Assembly: GCA_963842685.1 (NCBI GenBank)
Contig: CAWJHT010000046.1
Coordinates: 1,440-65,439, forward strand
Length of the DNA: 64,000 nucleotides
Source: an uncultured delta proteobacterium
GTDB taxonomy: Bacteria; Desulfobacterota; Syntrophia; Syntrophales; UBA5619
Direction of reading: 5' to 3'
Shown here: positions 43,703 through 57,636 of the stretch, piece by piece
How the letters are laid out: the number at the start of each line of letters is the position of its first letter
How positions within the stretch are numbered: position 1 is the stretch's first letter
Made by a program: the position numbers and the translations under genes
The notes under the pieces: model-generated
Database searches by the model: none
Told to the model about the DNA's origin: nothing
Seen by the model: only the letters and a program-made list of their open reading frames with translations

Positions 43703-45056
43703 ATGGATCTGAATGAGAAAAAAGTGGCGGTCATCGGCGTCGGGAAGACGGGACTCGCGACGGCCCGTTTTCTCGCGGGCCGGGGGGCCCGGATCGCCCT
43801 CACCGATGAAAAGCCGGTATCGGCCTGGGGAGAAGCCTTCTCCGCGCTGAAGAAATCTACAGGCGGATCTGACCATCACCCCCTACGGACCGGAGGTCCT
43901 GACAGGCGCCGATCTGGTCGTTCCCTCGCCGGGCGTCTATCCGTCGAACCCCATCCTCCTGGAGGCCCTCCGGCGGGAGATCCCGATCCTGAGCGAACTC
44001 GAACTGGCCTCGCGGTTCCTCTCAACCCCGCTTGTCGCCATCACCGGCACGAACGGCAAGACGACCGTGACGACGCTGATCGGGGAGATCCTCCGCGCGG
44101 CCGGGAAGAAGGTCTTTGTCGGCGGCAACATCGGCGCCCCCCTGATCGGCTACGTGGACGGCCCCCAGGAGGCGGACTGGGCGGTCGTCGAGGTGAGCAG
44201 CTTCCAGCTCCAGTGGGCGCAGACGTTCCATCCCCGGATCGCCCTTCTGCTGAACGTCACCAGCGATCATATCGACTATCACGGGAGCTTCGCCGCCTAC
44301 CGGCGGATCAAGGAAGGGATCTTCGCCCGGCAGACCGCCTGCGACCTCGCCATCCTCAATGCCGACGAAGACATCCACGGAGTCGCTGATCGGCCGCCTG
44401 ACCGCCCAGACGGAGCTCTTCAGCTCCTCCGGCGCCGTCGCCCGCGGGATGTTCCTTGCCGGAGGAGACACTGGTCCACGTCTCCCGCAGGACGGTGAAC
44501 GTGAGGAATACCCCCTCGGAATGATCCACCTCCCGGGACGTCACAACATCGAAAACGTGATGGCCGCCGATCCTCGCGGCCCGGGCGTGCGGCTGCACCC
44601 CCCGGACGATCATCCGGGCCGTGGAGGGCTTCCGCGGCATCGCCCACCGGATCGAATACGCCGGCGAGAAAAACGGCGTCCTCTTCTACGACGATTCCAA
44701 GGGAACCAACGTCGGCGCCGTGATGCGGGCGCTCGAGAGCTTCTCCCAACCGGTCGTCCTCCTCCTCGGCGGGCGGGACAAGGAGGGGGATTTCGAGACG
44801 CTCGCCCCCCTGATCCGGGAGCGGGTCCGGGAGATGATCCTCTTCGGCGAGGCAAGGGAGAAGATCAACGGCCTCATCGGCGGCGTGGTCGAAACGACGC
44901 CTCACCGCCACGATGAAGGAGGCGGTGGCGACGGCCGGGGATCTCGCGTCTCCCGGCGATGTCGTTCTCCTCTCGCCGGGGTGCGCGAGCTTCGACGAAT
45001 TCACGGATTACAAGGCGCGGGGGAGAGTGTTTCAGGAACTGGTCAGGACACTGTGA
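43703..45056 (+). CDS. murD: UDP-N-acetylmuramoylalanine--D-glutamate ligase MurD, with about 5 frameshifts
   Basis: [49 protein letters not shown] and [10 protein letters not shown]. The C-terminus reads ...[22 protein letters not shown]. Confidence 0.85.
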
Positions 45057-45058
45057 AG

Positions 45059-46158
45059 ATGAAAAGCGCGTCCAGAGAAAAGAAACCGGATCTGATCCTC
45101 CTGCTGGTCACGCTGCTCCTGGTGACCGTCGGGACGGTGATGATCTACAGCTCCAGCTCCATCCTCGCCATGGAGCGGTTCCGCGACGGTCAGTTCTTTC
45201 TCAAGAAGCAGCTCTTTTTCCTTGTCCTGGGCCTGCTGGTCATGGTCCTGATGACCCGGATCCCCTACTACAAGCTCCGGAAACTGGCCTGGCCGGGCAT
45301 CGCGGTTTCGGCTGTTCTCCTCGTGCGCGATCTGGATCCCCCATCTGGGGATCCGCGCCGGCGGCGCCGTCCGCTGGCTCAACCTCGGGGTCTTCTCCTT
45401 CCAGGTCTCCGAGATGGTCAAGGTCGCCCTGATCCTCTTTCTGGCCCATTTCCTGACCGCAGAAGGCCAACCACATCCGGGAGTTCAGCCAGGGACTGCT
45501 CATCCCCCTCGGCGTCACGGGGGTCATGGTCGGCCTGATCCTGCTGCAGCCGGATTTCGGCACGACCGTCATCATCGCCGTCATCACCTTCCTGATGATC
45601 TATCTGGCCGGCGGCCGGATCGTCCACCTGGCGGGGCTCGCCGCGCTGTTTCTCCCCGTCGCCGTCTGGCTTCTCCTCCACAAGAGCTACCGCCTGACCC
45701 GCCTGATGGCCTTTCTCGACCCCTGGAAGGACCCCCGCCATTCCGGTTTTCAGATCATCCAGTCGCTGATCTCCTTCGGTTCCGGCGGCGCCTTCGGCGT
45801 GGGGATCGGGGACGGGATGCAGAAGCTCTTCTATCTCCCGGAACCCCATACGGATTTCATCCTCTCGGTGATCGCCGAGGAGAGCGGCTTCATCGGCGTC
45901 GGGCTGATCCTCTTTCTCTACATCATCCTGATCGTCCGCGGCTTCCAGATCTCGCTGAAGGCGCCGGATCTCTTCGGAAACCTGCTGGCCGCGGGGCTGA
46001 CGATGATGCTCGCCCTGGAGGCGTTCATCAACATCGCGGGCGTCATGGGGCTGATCCCGCTGAAGGGGCTCGCCCTCCCCTTTCTGAGTTACGGGGGGAC
46101 ATCTCTGATCATGTCCCTGATGGCGGTGGGCATTTTGCTTGAATATTTCCGCCTATGA
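45059..46158 (+). CDS. ftsW: Cell division lipid II flippase/polymerase FtsW (SEDS family), with about 2 frameshifts
   Basis: A multi-TM protein. QPDFGT, RLMAFLDPWKDP, GFQIIQSL and LPEPHTDFI, ending PLKGLALPFLSYGGTSL. Confidence 0.85.
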
Positions 46159-46292
46159 AGGATGAAGGCGACGACAGCTTGTGAGAAAAGCATGGGACTG
46201 AACACCGACAACGCGATGCATCGCAGAGCCGCAGCCGGAGGACGGGGCGGGAGAAAACCGGCGGCCGCTCACCGGATGGCCGCGGCCTCGGG

Positions 46293-47396
46293 ATGATCAT
46301 CGCCGGCGGCGGGACGGGCGGCCATCTCTTTCCGGGGATCGCCATCGCCGAGGAGTTCCTCCGGCAGGGATCCGGCAAACCGCGTCCTCTTCATCGGCAC
46401 GGAACGGGGTCTGGAAAAGAAGATTCTGGGCGAACTGGGGTTCCCCCTCCGGACGCATCCGGGTGGAAGGCATCAAGGGACGGGGGCCGGTCCGGACCCC
46501 GGGCGCCCTCGCGAAGATCCCCGGCAGCCTGCTCGCCTCCTTCCGGATCCTCCGCGAATTTCAACCCGCCATCGTCGTCGGCGTGGGCGGTTACGCCTCG
46601 GGACCGGCGGTCCTCGCCGCCCGGCTCATGGGAATGAAGACGGCGATCGCCGAGCAGAACGCCTTTCCGGGTCTGACCAACCGGATCCTCGGCCGTTTCG
46701 CCGACCGGATCTTTCTCACCTTTTCGGCATCGCAGAGGTGGTTCCCCGACCGGCCGGACGCGGGTCACGGGAAATCCGATCCGCGCGGCCTTCCTCGCGG
46801 AAAGACCGGAGGACGGGAAGAACGCGATCCGCGCTTCACGCTCCTGATCTTCGGCGGGAGCCAGGGGGCCCACGCGATCAACCGGATCGTCAGCGAGGCC
46901 CTCGACGGCCTGCGGCACCTGAAGGACCGGCTCCGCTTCATCCATCAGACGGGGGAGAAGGATCGGGAGACGGTCGCGGACGGCCTACCGGAAACGGGGC
47001 TTTACGGCCGAGGTTTCCCCGTTCATCATGGACATGGCCGCGGCCTACCGGGCGGCCGATCTGCTGCTCTGCCGGGCCGGCGCGACCTCCATCGCGGAGA
47101 TCACCGCCGGCGGGAAGGCGTCCATCCTGATCCCCTTCCCCTTCGCCGTGAACGACCATCAGACGCAAAACGCCGAGGTCCTCGCCCGCGCCGGGGCGGC
47201 GGAGATGATCGCGGAAAAGGATCTGAGCGGGCCGGCTGCTGGCGGCGGCTGATCGAACGGCTCTACCGCGATCCGGAGGCCGTCCGGAAAATGGAAGCCG
47301 CCTCCGCCGCCCTGGGCAACCGACACGCGGCGGAGGACATCGTCGATGCCTGTCTGGCGCTGGTCGGAAGACCGGCGACCGGCAGGGCCCATTTGA
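46293..47396 (+). CDS. murG: Lipid II N-acetylglucosaminyltransferase MurG, with about 4 frameshifts; start uncertain
   Basis: [60 protein letters not shown] and DHQTQNA. The end is assumed to be the out-of-frame TGA at 47394-47396. Confidence 0.8.
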
Positions 47397-47431
47397 GGAA
47401 AGAGATGAAAGAGTCCCTTCAGAAGAGCAGC

Positions 47432-48812
<1,381 letters not shown>

Positions 48813-48826
<14 letters not shown>

Positions 48827-49755
48827 AGACACTTGCCGCGGGGAGCTCCGGAAGCGGATGACCGGGGAGATCCTCTTCGACGAACCGGCGGATCGCCATA
48901 CCTCGATCGGCGTCGGCGGGAGGATCGACGCCCTTGTCTTCCCGAAAGATGAAGGGGAACTCGCGGAGATCGGTCGCTTTTCTCCGGAGCGCGCCGGATC
49001 CCTTTTCTTCCGGTCGGCAACTGGACCAACCTGATCGTCCGGGACGGCGGCTACCGGGGCGTCCTCATCTCGCTTACGCGCCTGCGCTGGCCTTGAACCT
49101 CCGGGATGAGCGGAAACGGCGGCGTCCTTCTGGAGGCGGAGGCCGGCGTTGCCCGCTGTCCGAACTGGTGAACCTGTCGATGCGCGAAGCGCTCACGGGA
49201 ATGGAGTTCTGCGCCGGCATCCCCGGCAGCGTCGGCGGCGCCGTCCGGATGAACGCCGGGGCCTACGGGGGGGAGATCAAGGATATCGTTGACTCGGTGC
49301 GTCTCCTCGATGCGTCCGGGAGGGATCCGCACCGTCACGCGGGACGAGCTCTCATTTTTGCATACAGAAACCTTGACTTGCCGGCAGAAACGATTATCAT
49401 CGGCGCAGCGTTTCGTCTGCGGCGGGGAGAACGGAGAAAAAATCGCCGGACGGGTCCGGGAAATCATCGCGCTGAGAAGGGAAAAGCACCCCCTGGAATT
49501 CCGGAATGCCGGTTCCATCTTCAAGAACCCGCGGGATTATCCCCGCCGGCAGGCTCATCGAAGCGGCGGGGCTCAAGGGGATGCGGATCGGCGACGCCCA
49601 GGTCTCGGAAAAACATGGCAATTTCATCGTCAACCGGGGGCAGGCGACCGCGGAGGAGATCCTCGGCCTGATCGCCCTGATTCAGCAGCGGGTTTTCGAG
49701 GCGACGGGGCATACCCTCGAAACCGAGGTCAGGATCATCGGAGAGTACGACATGA
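48813..49755 (+). CDS. murB: UDP-N-acetylenolpyruvoylglucosamine reductase MurB, with about 4 frameshifts
   Basis: [16 protein letters not shown], GxGSNLIV region, [30 protein letters not shown] and [15 protein letters not shown]. The end is assumed to be the TGA at 49753-49755, which overlaps the ftsQ ATG. Confidence 0.8.
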
Positions 49756-50605
49756 AGAAGCCGTTTCGCCTGCAACTGGAAGCGAAAAAAACACCGGCTG
49801 AGACGCCGTGCGGGCGAGGTCCTGCGGGAAATCGGCCGGGTGATCCTCCTGACCGGCGCCATCGCCGTCGTCACCGCCGTGCTCCTGATCGGCTACGACC
49901 GGACGATCCGCTCCCCCTATCTCAGCATCCGGGAGACCGTCGTTCAGGGATGCAAGGAGCTGACCGAAAAGGAGATCCTGACCCTGGCCGCCGTCCGCCC
50001 TTCGGCGAACATCCTGACGATCAACCCGGATGCCATCGCCCGCCGGATCCGGACGAATCCCTGGATCCGGGAGGTCTTCATCGGGCGGGAGTTTCCCGGA
50101 CCGGCTGGTCATCTTGGTCCGGGAGAGAAAGGCGGTCGCCCTCCTCCAGGGGGAAGAAGGGCTCTACCTCCTCGACGGCGAGGGGACGCCTTTCAAGAAG
50201 CTGGAACCGGACGAGGAGTCAGACCTCCCGATTCTCACGGGCTGCGTCCGGGAGGGGAAAACCGATGAGGCGCTGGTGAAGAAATCCCTCGCCCTGCTGA
50301 ATTATCTTGCGGGATGCAAGGATATCCCCGCCATCGGCACGGTGTCGGAGATCCACGGAAACGAGACCTTCGGGCTCTCCCTGTTCACCGACACGGGCCT
50401 CTGCCTGCAGCTGGGCTTCGACGGCTATGAAAACAAACTCAAACGGCTGACCCCCGTCATGGCGGATCTGGACCGGAAGAATCTGAAAGCGGGTTTTCTG
50501 CTCATCGACCTGAGCGACCCGGCGAAGATCAATGTCCAGCAGCGCAACATCCTGACCCGCGGACCCGCAGGACCGGCCGGCGCCGGGAAGGGATACCGGA
50601 TGTGA
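49752..50605 (+). CDS. ftsQ: Cell division protein FtsQ (POTRA domain), with about 2-3 frameshifts
   Basis: TM segment ([19 protein letters not shown]), POTRA ([25 protein letters not shown]...[23 protein letters not shown]) and an FtsQ-type C-terminus. Confidence 0.75.
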
Positions 50606-50644
50606 GGCAAGACAGAGTCATGTCCATAAGGGGCTGGAGGATCC

Positions 50645-51874
50645 ATGGGGAAAAAAGAGAACGTCATTGTCGGTCTGGACATCGGGACGACGAAAACCTG
50701 TGCCATCGTCGGTGAGGTCAAGGAGACGGGAATCGACATCATCGGCATCGGCTCCCACCCTTCGGAAGGGTTGAGAAAAGGCGTCGTCGTCAACATCGAA
50801 AGCACCGTGGAATCGATCAAGCGGGCGGTGGAAGAGGCGGAGCGCATCTCCGGCTGCGAGATCCGTTCGGTCTATGTCGGAATCGCCGGCGGCCACATCC
50901 GGGGACAGAACAGCCTCGGCATCGTGGCCGTCAAGGGACGCGAGGTGGACGAGGATGACGTGGAGCGGGCGATCGACGCGGCCAAGGCGATCGCCATCCC
51001 CCTGGACCGGCAGATCCTCCATACCCTGCCCCAGTACTACGTGGTCGACGAACAGGACGGGATCCGCGATCCGGTGGGGATGTCGGGCGTCCGCCTGGAG
51101 GCGAAGGTCCATATCGTGACCGGCGCCGTCACCTCCATCCAGAACATCGTGAAATCGGTCAACCGCGTGGGTCTGGACATCAACGACATCGTCCTGGAAC
51201 AGATCGCCTCCAGCGAGGCGGTCCTGAGCAACGACGAAAAGGACCTCGGGCGTCGCCCTGATCGACATCGGCGGCGGCACGACCGATATCGCGATCTTCT
51301 CGGAGGGAAGCATCAAGCACACGGCGGTCCTGCCGGTCGGCGGCAATTACGTCACGAGCGACATCGCCACAGGCCTCAGAACGCCCATCGCCGAGGCGGA
51401 GAGGATCAAGATCCGTTACGGCTGCGCCTACATGCCGCTGATCCCCAAGGATGAGATCGATCGAGGTCCCCAGCGTCGGGGGGCGGGAACCGCGGGAGGT
51501 CTCCCGGCAGATCCTCGGCCGGATCATCGAGCCCCGCATGGACGAGATCCTCGACGATGGCCTACAAGGAGATCACCAAATCCGGCTGCGAGGACATCCT
51601 CGCCGCGGGGGTCGTCCTGACGGGCGGGGCGTCGATCCTCGAAGGGGTCCCCGAACTGGCGGAGCAGATCTTCAACATGCCGGTCCGGCGGGGCTGCCCG
51701 ATGGGCATCGGCGGGCTCACGGACGTGGTCAACAGCCCCCTGTATGCGACCGGCGTGGGACTGGTGCTCTACGGAAGCCGAAACATCGCCCGGGAAAAGC
51801 TGAGCCGGGCGGAGGGAAATTTCATCAGTCGGATGTTCAAGAGACTCAAACAGTGGGTTCTTGAATTCTTTTAG
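50645..51874 (+). CDS. ftsA: Cell division protein FtsA, with about 3 frameshifts
   Basis: [32 protein letters not shown] and [22 protein letters not shown], plus a C-terminal amphipathic helix ([13 protein letters not shown]). Confidence 0.9.
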
Positions 51875-51888
51875 GGAGGGAAGGCGTT

Positions 51889-53018
51889 ATGTTCGAATTG
51901 TCGGATACGGGTGTGGTGAGCGCGGCCAAGATCAAGGTGATCGGCATCGGCGGCGCGGGGGGAAATGCGGTGAATACGATGATTTCCTACAACCTTCGGG
52001 GGGTCGATTTCATCGCGGCCAACACCGATGCACAGGCGCTGGGAGCGTCCGCCTCGCCGGTCAAGATCCAGCTGGGCGCCGAGGTCACCAAGGGGCTGGG
52101 CGCCGGTTCGGACCCCGACATCGGCAGACAGGCCGCCCTCGAAACCCGGGAGACTGCTGCGCGAACAGCTCGAGGGAGCCGATATGGTTTTCATCACCGC
52201 GGGCCTCGGCGGCGGCACCGGCACGGGCGGCGCACCGATCGTGGCGGAGATCGCCAGGGAGCTGGGGGCGCTGACCGTGGCGGTCGTGACGAAACCCTTC
52301 CAGTTCGAGGGAAAGAGACGGAACGGCCAGGCCGAGGCGGGGATCGCCGAACTGCGAAAGATGGTGGACACCCTCATCATCGTCCCCAATCAGCGGCTCC
52401 TCAGCCTGGGCGGTCGGAATATCTCGCTCCTCGAGGCCTTCAAGAAGGCCGACGACATCCTCTACCACGCCGTCAAGGGGATCTCCGACCTGATCATGGT
52501 TCCGGGGCTGATCAACCTCGACTTCGCCGACGTGAAGACCATCATGTCGGAGATGGGCATGGCCCTGATGGGGACCGGCATCGGCCAGCGGCGAAAACCG
52601 GGCGGTGGAGGCGGCGCAGAGGGCGATCTCCTCGCCGCTCCTCGAGGACAATACCATCCAGGGCGCCCGCGGCGTCCTGTCTGAACATCACCGGCGGTCC
52701 GAACATGACCCTCTACGAAATCAACGAGGCCTCTTCGCTGATCCAGTCGGAGGCCCACGAGGATGCGAACATCATCTTCGGCACCGTCGTCGACGAGACG
52801 ATGGGCGATGAGATCCGGATCACCGTCATCGCGACCGGATTTGAAAATGCGGACATGCCGAGGAGCAACGTCACGCCGCTGGGCAGCCTCCGGCGGAGCA
52901 ATCTTGCCGTTCCTACCTTCATCCGGAACGAAAAGCCGGCGGACGCCTGCATGCCGGGACGGCCGAGAGGAGGAATCCCGATCTGGAGATCCACGTTCTT
53001 AGGCGTCAGGCGGACTAG
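51889..53018 (+). CDS. ftsZ: Cell division GTPase FtsZ, with about 4 frameshifts
   Basis: [22 protein letters not shown], the tubulin signature [22 protein letters not shown] and NLDFADV. The conserved C-terminal peptide [12 protein letters not shown] ends at a TAG at 53016-53018. Confidence 0.9.
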
Positions 53019-53123
53019 ACGGCTTCGGAAAATCCCGATGCTGGACGATCGCCTCATCGCTTCCTCAGGCGGCATGCGCGGACGCCTCAGCCGCAGGATC
53101 GCGCGCTTGCCGGGACGTAAGGC

Positions 53124-54842
53124 ATGATGGAGGGTCAGATGTCCTGGAAGCTGAAGAAAAAGATGCCTCGATCTCCTCGCCGGGGAAGAGGGCTACGTCC
53201 GGAAGGTCTGGGGGGAGGCCCTGACGGTCTGCCTCGCCTATCCGAACGTCTACCGGACGGGGATGTCCAACCTCGGCTTTCAGACCGTCTACGCCCTGAT
53301 CAACCGCCATCCCGCCTGCCTGTGCGAACGGGTCTTTCTCCCCGATCCGGCGACGAGGCGGCCCATGCCGCCTCTCCCGCCCCGCTCTTCAGCCTCGAAT
53401 CGCAGCGGCCCCTGGCCGATTTCGACATGGTCGCCTTTTCCCTCTCCTTTGAAAACGACTATCCCAACATCCTCAGGATCCTCGAGATGGCGGGAATCCC
53501 CCTCGAAGCGGCGGCGCGGGACGGAGAGGGATCCCCTCGTCATCGGCGGCGGCATCGCCGTCACCCTGAACCCCGAACCCCTCGCCGACTTCTTCGATCT
53601 CTTTCTGATCGGCGAAGGCGAGGCCCTTCTCCCCGATTTCCTCGACGCGGCGGTCTGCCCTCCGGCGGGAACTCACCCGGGAGGCGTTCCTCGCCCGGAT
53701 CCAGAAGGAGATTTCCGGGGCCTACGTCCCCCGCTTTTACCGGGTGACCACCGATCCGGAAGGGCGCATCGCCGCCCGGGAACCCCTCGACGCCGCCTTC
53801 CCCCGGCGGATCGTCCGGCGCTTCGGCCCCCGACATCGACGCCTTCCCGACCGAACAGGGGATCACCACCGAGGGCACCGAATTCGGCGGCATGTTCCTC
53901 ACGGAGGTCAGCCGGGGATGCCGGCGGGGCTGCCGTTTCTGCGCCGCCGGCTTCGTCTGCCGGCCGGCGCGTTTCCGGAGCGCCGCGACCCTGGAGGCCT
54001 CCTTCCGGCGGGGGCTCGAAAAGAGAAAGACGATCGGCCTGCTGGGAACGGCCGTCTCGGACCACCCCGATCTCATCCCCCTGTGCCGCTCCATTCTGGA
54101 ACAAGGGGGGATCTGTGGCCGTCGGCTCCCTCCGCCTGGACCGCCTGAGCGGACCGATGGCGGCGCTCCTGAAGGAGACCGGCGTGGAGACCCTCTCCCT
54201 CGCACCCGAGGCCGGCTCCCAGCGCCTCCGGGACGTGATCCGCAAGGGGATCACCGAAGAGGAGATCTTTTCCGCAGTGGACAATCTCCTGGAATATGAT
54301 ATGGTGCAGTCTCAGGCTCTACTTCATGGTCGGCCTCCCGACGGAGACGGACGAGGATGTGGATGCCATCATCCGTCTGGTCAAGGGGATGGAACACCGG
54401 GCCCGCCGCACTTCGGCAGGGAAGAAGGGGTTCCGGCGTCTGACGCTCAGCATCAACCAGTTCATCCCGAAGCCCGCCACCCCCTTCCAGTGGCACCCCC
54501 TGGAGGATACGGCCGTCGTCAAGCGAAGAATCCGGCGGATCACCGACGGCCTGCGCGGCGAGAAGGCGGTCTCGGTCACCCACGATCTTCCGAAGTGGAA
54601 TTACATCCAGGCCCTCCTCGCCCTGGGCGACCGGAGGGTGGGAAAGCTGCTTGCTGGCGGTCCACCGGCTCGGAGGCAACTGGGCGCAGGCCTTCCGGGA
54701 GGTGAACGTGAATCCCGACTTCTACGTCTACCGCCGGAAGGAGACCGAGGAGATCCTGCCGTGGGATTTCATCGACCACGGCGTCGAAAAAACAGTTCTC
54801 GTCAAGCGAATACCGGAAGGCATTGTCCGAAGAAATCCTTAA
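53124..54842 (+). CDS. Uncharacterised radical SAM protein with a B12-binding-like N-terminal region (I recall it as TIGR03960-like). About 8 frameshifts; start uncertain.
   Basis: [66 protein letters not shown] and [31 protein letters not shown]. The radical SAM cluster motif is [16 protein letters not shown]. Then [15 protein letters not shown] and [15 protein letters not shown]. The C-terminus ...[10 protein letters not shown]... ends at 54840-54842. Confidence 0.75.
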
Positions 54843-54854
54843 GGAGACAAGACC

Positions 54855-57604
54855 ATGACCATTATCCATCCACCAAGGCCCAGGCCAGACAGATGAAAGG
54901 GATGATCGTCTTCATCGCCGCGCTGGTCCTGTTTATGATCTTTCTGCGGATCATCGGCCTGATCACCGACTGGTTCTGGTTCCAGGAGGTGGGTTACGAG
55001 ACGATCTTCACCGTGACCCTCCTGGCAAAGATCAAGACCGGCGCCCTCTTCGGGGCGGGCTTCTTCATCATCCTCTACGGCAATCTCCTGATCGCGCTTC
55101 GCCTGTCGCGGGAACCCCTTTTCGGCGATCAGGCGGGGCGGAGGGTTCGGCATCCCCTTCCGGGAGATGGAGCCGGGCCTCCTCAAGGTCCTGATCCTCA
55201 TCGGCTCCCTCCTCTTCGGCCTTTTCGCCGCCGCCAACGGCTCCGCCCAGTGGGAAAACCTTCTCCTCTTCCTGAATCCGTCCCCCTTCGGCGTCTCCGA
55301 CCCGCTCTTCCAGAAGGATATCGGCTTCTATGTCTTCCAGCTCCCCTTCCTCCTCCACATCTACGGCTGGCTGAAGTTCGTCCTGATCGTGACGGCGGCG
55401 GCGACCGGGTTCATCTATCTGATCCGGCGATCGTTTCTGTTCATCCCGCCCCGGATCTGGAAGATCGCCCCGGCCGCGCGGATTCATCTCGCGCTTCTCG
55501 TCGCCCTCTTCTTTTTCTGGGGCGTCTTCGGCGCCTGGCTTGACCTCAACGATCTGCTCTTCACGAAACGGGGGGTGGTCTTCGGCCCGGGCTACACCGA
55601 CGTGACCACCCAGCTCTGGGTCCTGAAACTCATGATGGGGCTCTACGCCCTCGCCGGGCTCGCCGCGATCTTCTTCGCCTTCCGCCCGGACTGGCGTTTT
55701 CCGGCGGCGGCGATTCTCCTGCTCATCGCCGTGTCGGTCCTGGGCCGGGGGATCTACCCCTCCCTCATCCAGAAATTCCAGGTCATTCCCAACGAGATCG
55801 TCGCCGAGACCCCCTACCTGGAGAAGAACATCCGGTACACGCGCCTCGCCTACGGCCTGACCCAGATCGAGGAGAAGGAGTTCCCGACGGAGGAGAATCT
55901 GACGGCGAAGGACCTGGAGAAGAACAACCTCACCGTGAAGAACATCCGGCTGTGGAACCATGCGCCGCTCCTGCAGACCTACAGCCAGCTCCAGGAGATG
56001 CGGACCTACTACAAGTTCACCGGCGTCGACAACGACCGCTACACGATCAACGGCGAATACCGGCAGGTGATGCTCTCCCCGCGGGAGATCTCCTATCCGG
56101 CCCTGCCGTCCCGGACCTGGGTCAACGAACATCTCGCCTACACCCACGGCTACGGCGTCGTCCTGGGCCCCGTGAACCGCATCTCCCCCGAGGGGCTCCC
56201 GGAATTCTTCATCAAGGACATCCCCCCCGTCTCGACGACGCCGCTCAAGGTGACCCGCCCGGAGATCTACTTCGGGGAGAACTCCAACGAATATGTCTTC
56301 GTCCGGACCAAAATGCCGGAGTTCGACTACCCCGTGGGCGACAAGAACGTCTACTCCCGCTACGAGGGAAAGGGGGGCGTCCCCCTCTCCTTCCTGAAGA
56401 AACTGATCTTTGCGGTCCGTTTCGGCTCGATCACGATGCTCCTGTCCGACGACATCACCTCCGAGAGCCGCATCGTGTACCACCGGAACGTCCGCGAGCG
56501 GGTCTCGATGATCGCCCCCTTTGCCCACCTGGATGCGCGACCCCTATCTCGTCATCTCGCCCGAGGGACGCCTCCTGTGGTTCGTCGACGGCTACACGGT
56601 CGACGGACCGCTTCCCCTATTCGGAGCCGACCCCGGAGATGGGCAACTACATCCGCAACACCATCAAGGCGGTCGTCGACGCCTATGACGGCACGGTCCA
56701 GCTCTACGTCAGCGATCCGACCGATCCCATCATGCAGACCTACAGCCGGATCTTCCCCGGCGTCTTCAAGCCGATGGGCGAGATGCCGGAGGCGCTCCGG
56801 AGCCATGTCCGCTATCCGCCGGGACTGCTGGCGATCCAGGCGCGGATGTACCGGGCGTACCACATGCAGGACCCGCAGGTCTTCTACAACAAGGAAGACC
56901 TCTGGTCCATCCCCGGCAAACAGGTCGCCGGCGGCCAGCAGGCCATGGACCCCTACTACACGATCATGAAGCTCCCCGGGGCCGAGAAGGAGGAGTTCAT
57001 CCTCCTTGCCCCCTTCACGCCCAGCATGAAGGACAACATGTCGGCCTGGATGGCCGCCCGCTGCGACGCCCCCCATTACGGGAAGGTGATCGTCTACAAA
57101 TTCCCCAAGCAGAAGCTGGTCTACGGACCCCGCCAGATCGAGGCCCGGATCGACCAGGACACGATGATCTCCCAGCAATTGACGCTCTGGCAACAGCATG
57201 GATCGAACGTGATCCGGGGGAGCCTGCTGGCGATCCCGATCGAGAAATCGATCCTCTACGTCGAATCCCTCTACCTGGCCGCCGCCAACGGCCAGCTCCC
57301 CGAGCTCAAAAGGGTGATCGTGGCCTACGGGAACAACATCGCCATGGAGGAGACGCTCGATCTCTCCCTCCAGAAGATCTTCGGCGGGGGGCCGATGAAG
57401 GACCGGGAGCCGCAGGCGGAGGCGAAGAAGCCGGCGGCCGGCGCGGAGCTGAGCGACCGGCAGACGGCCCTCGAGGCCCTCGGCCATTTCCGGAAGGCGC
57501 AGGAATTCCTCCGGCAGGGGAACTGGGGGGCCTTCGGCGAGGAGCTGAAGAAAACGGGAGAGATCCTCCTGACCCTTGAAAAGAAGGGGGGAAAGGCAAA
57601 ATAG
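54855..57604 (+). CDS. UPF0182-family large membrane protein, with about 4 frameshifts
   Basis: AAGGAG lies 7 nt upstream of the ATG at 54855. The basic N-terminus MTIIHPPRPRPDR joins, after a frame break near 54890, to KGMIVFIAALVLFMIFLRIIGLITDWFWFQEVGYETIF, the hallmark UPF0182 start. Multiple TM helices follow, then a large soluble domain across ORFs 55167..56969 and 55952..57604. Confidence 0.8.
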
Positions 57605-57636
57605 CGAATCGAAACTCATCTTGCAAGGAGGTCGTG

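Noticed and set aside
54855-54896. A 13-codon mini-ORF (MTIIHPPRPRPDR) with a strong AAGGAG RBS, whose stop overlaps the MKGMIVF... start as ATGA. It could be a leader peptide.
   Set aside because: UPF0182 proteins normally begin with a short basic segment before the first TM helix. The mini-ORF is better explained as the true N-terminus, separated from the body by one more indel.
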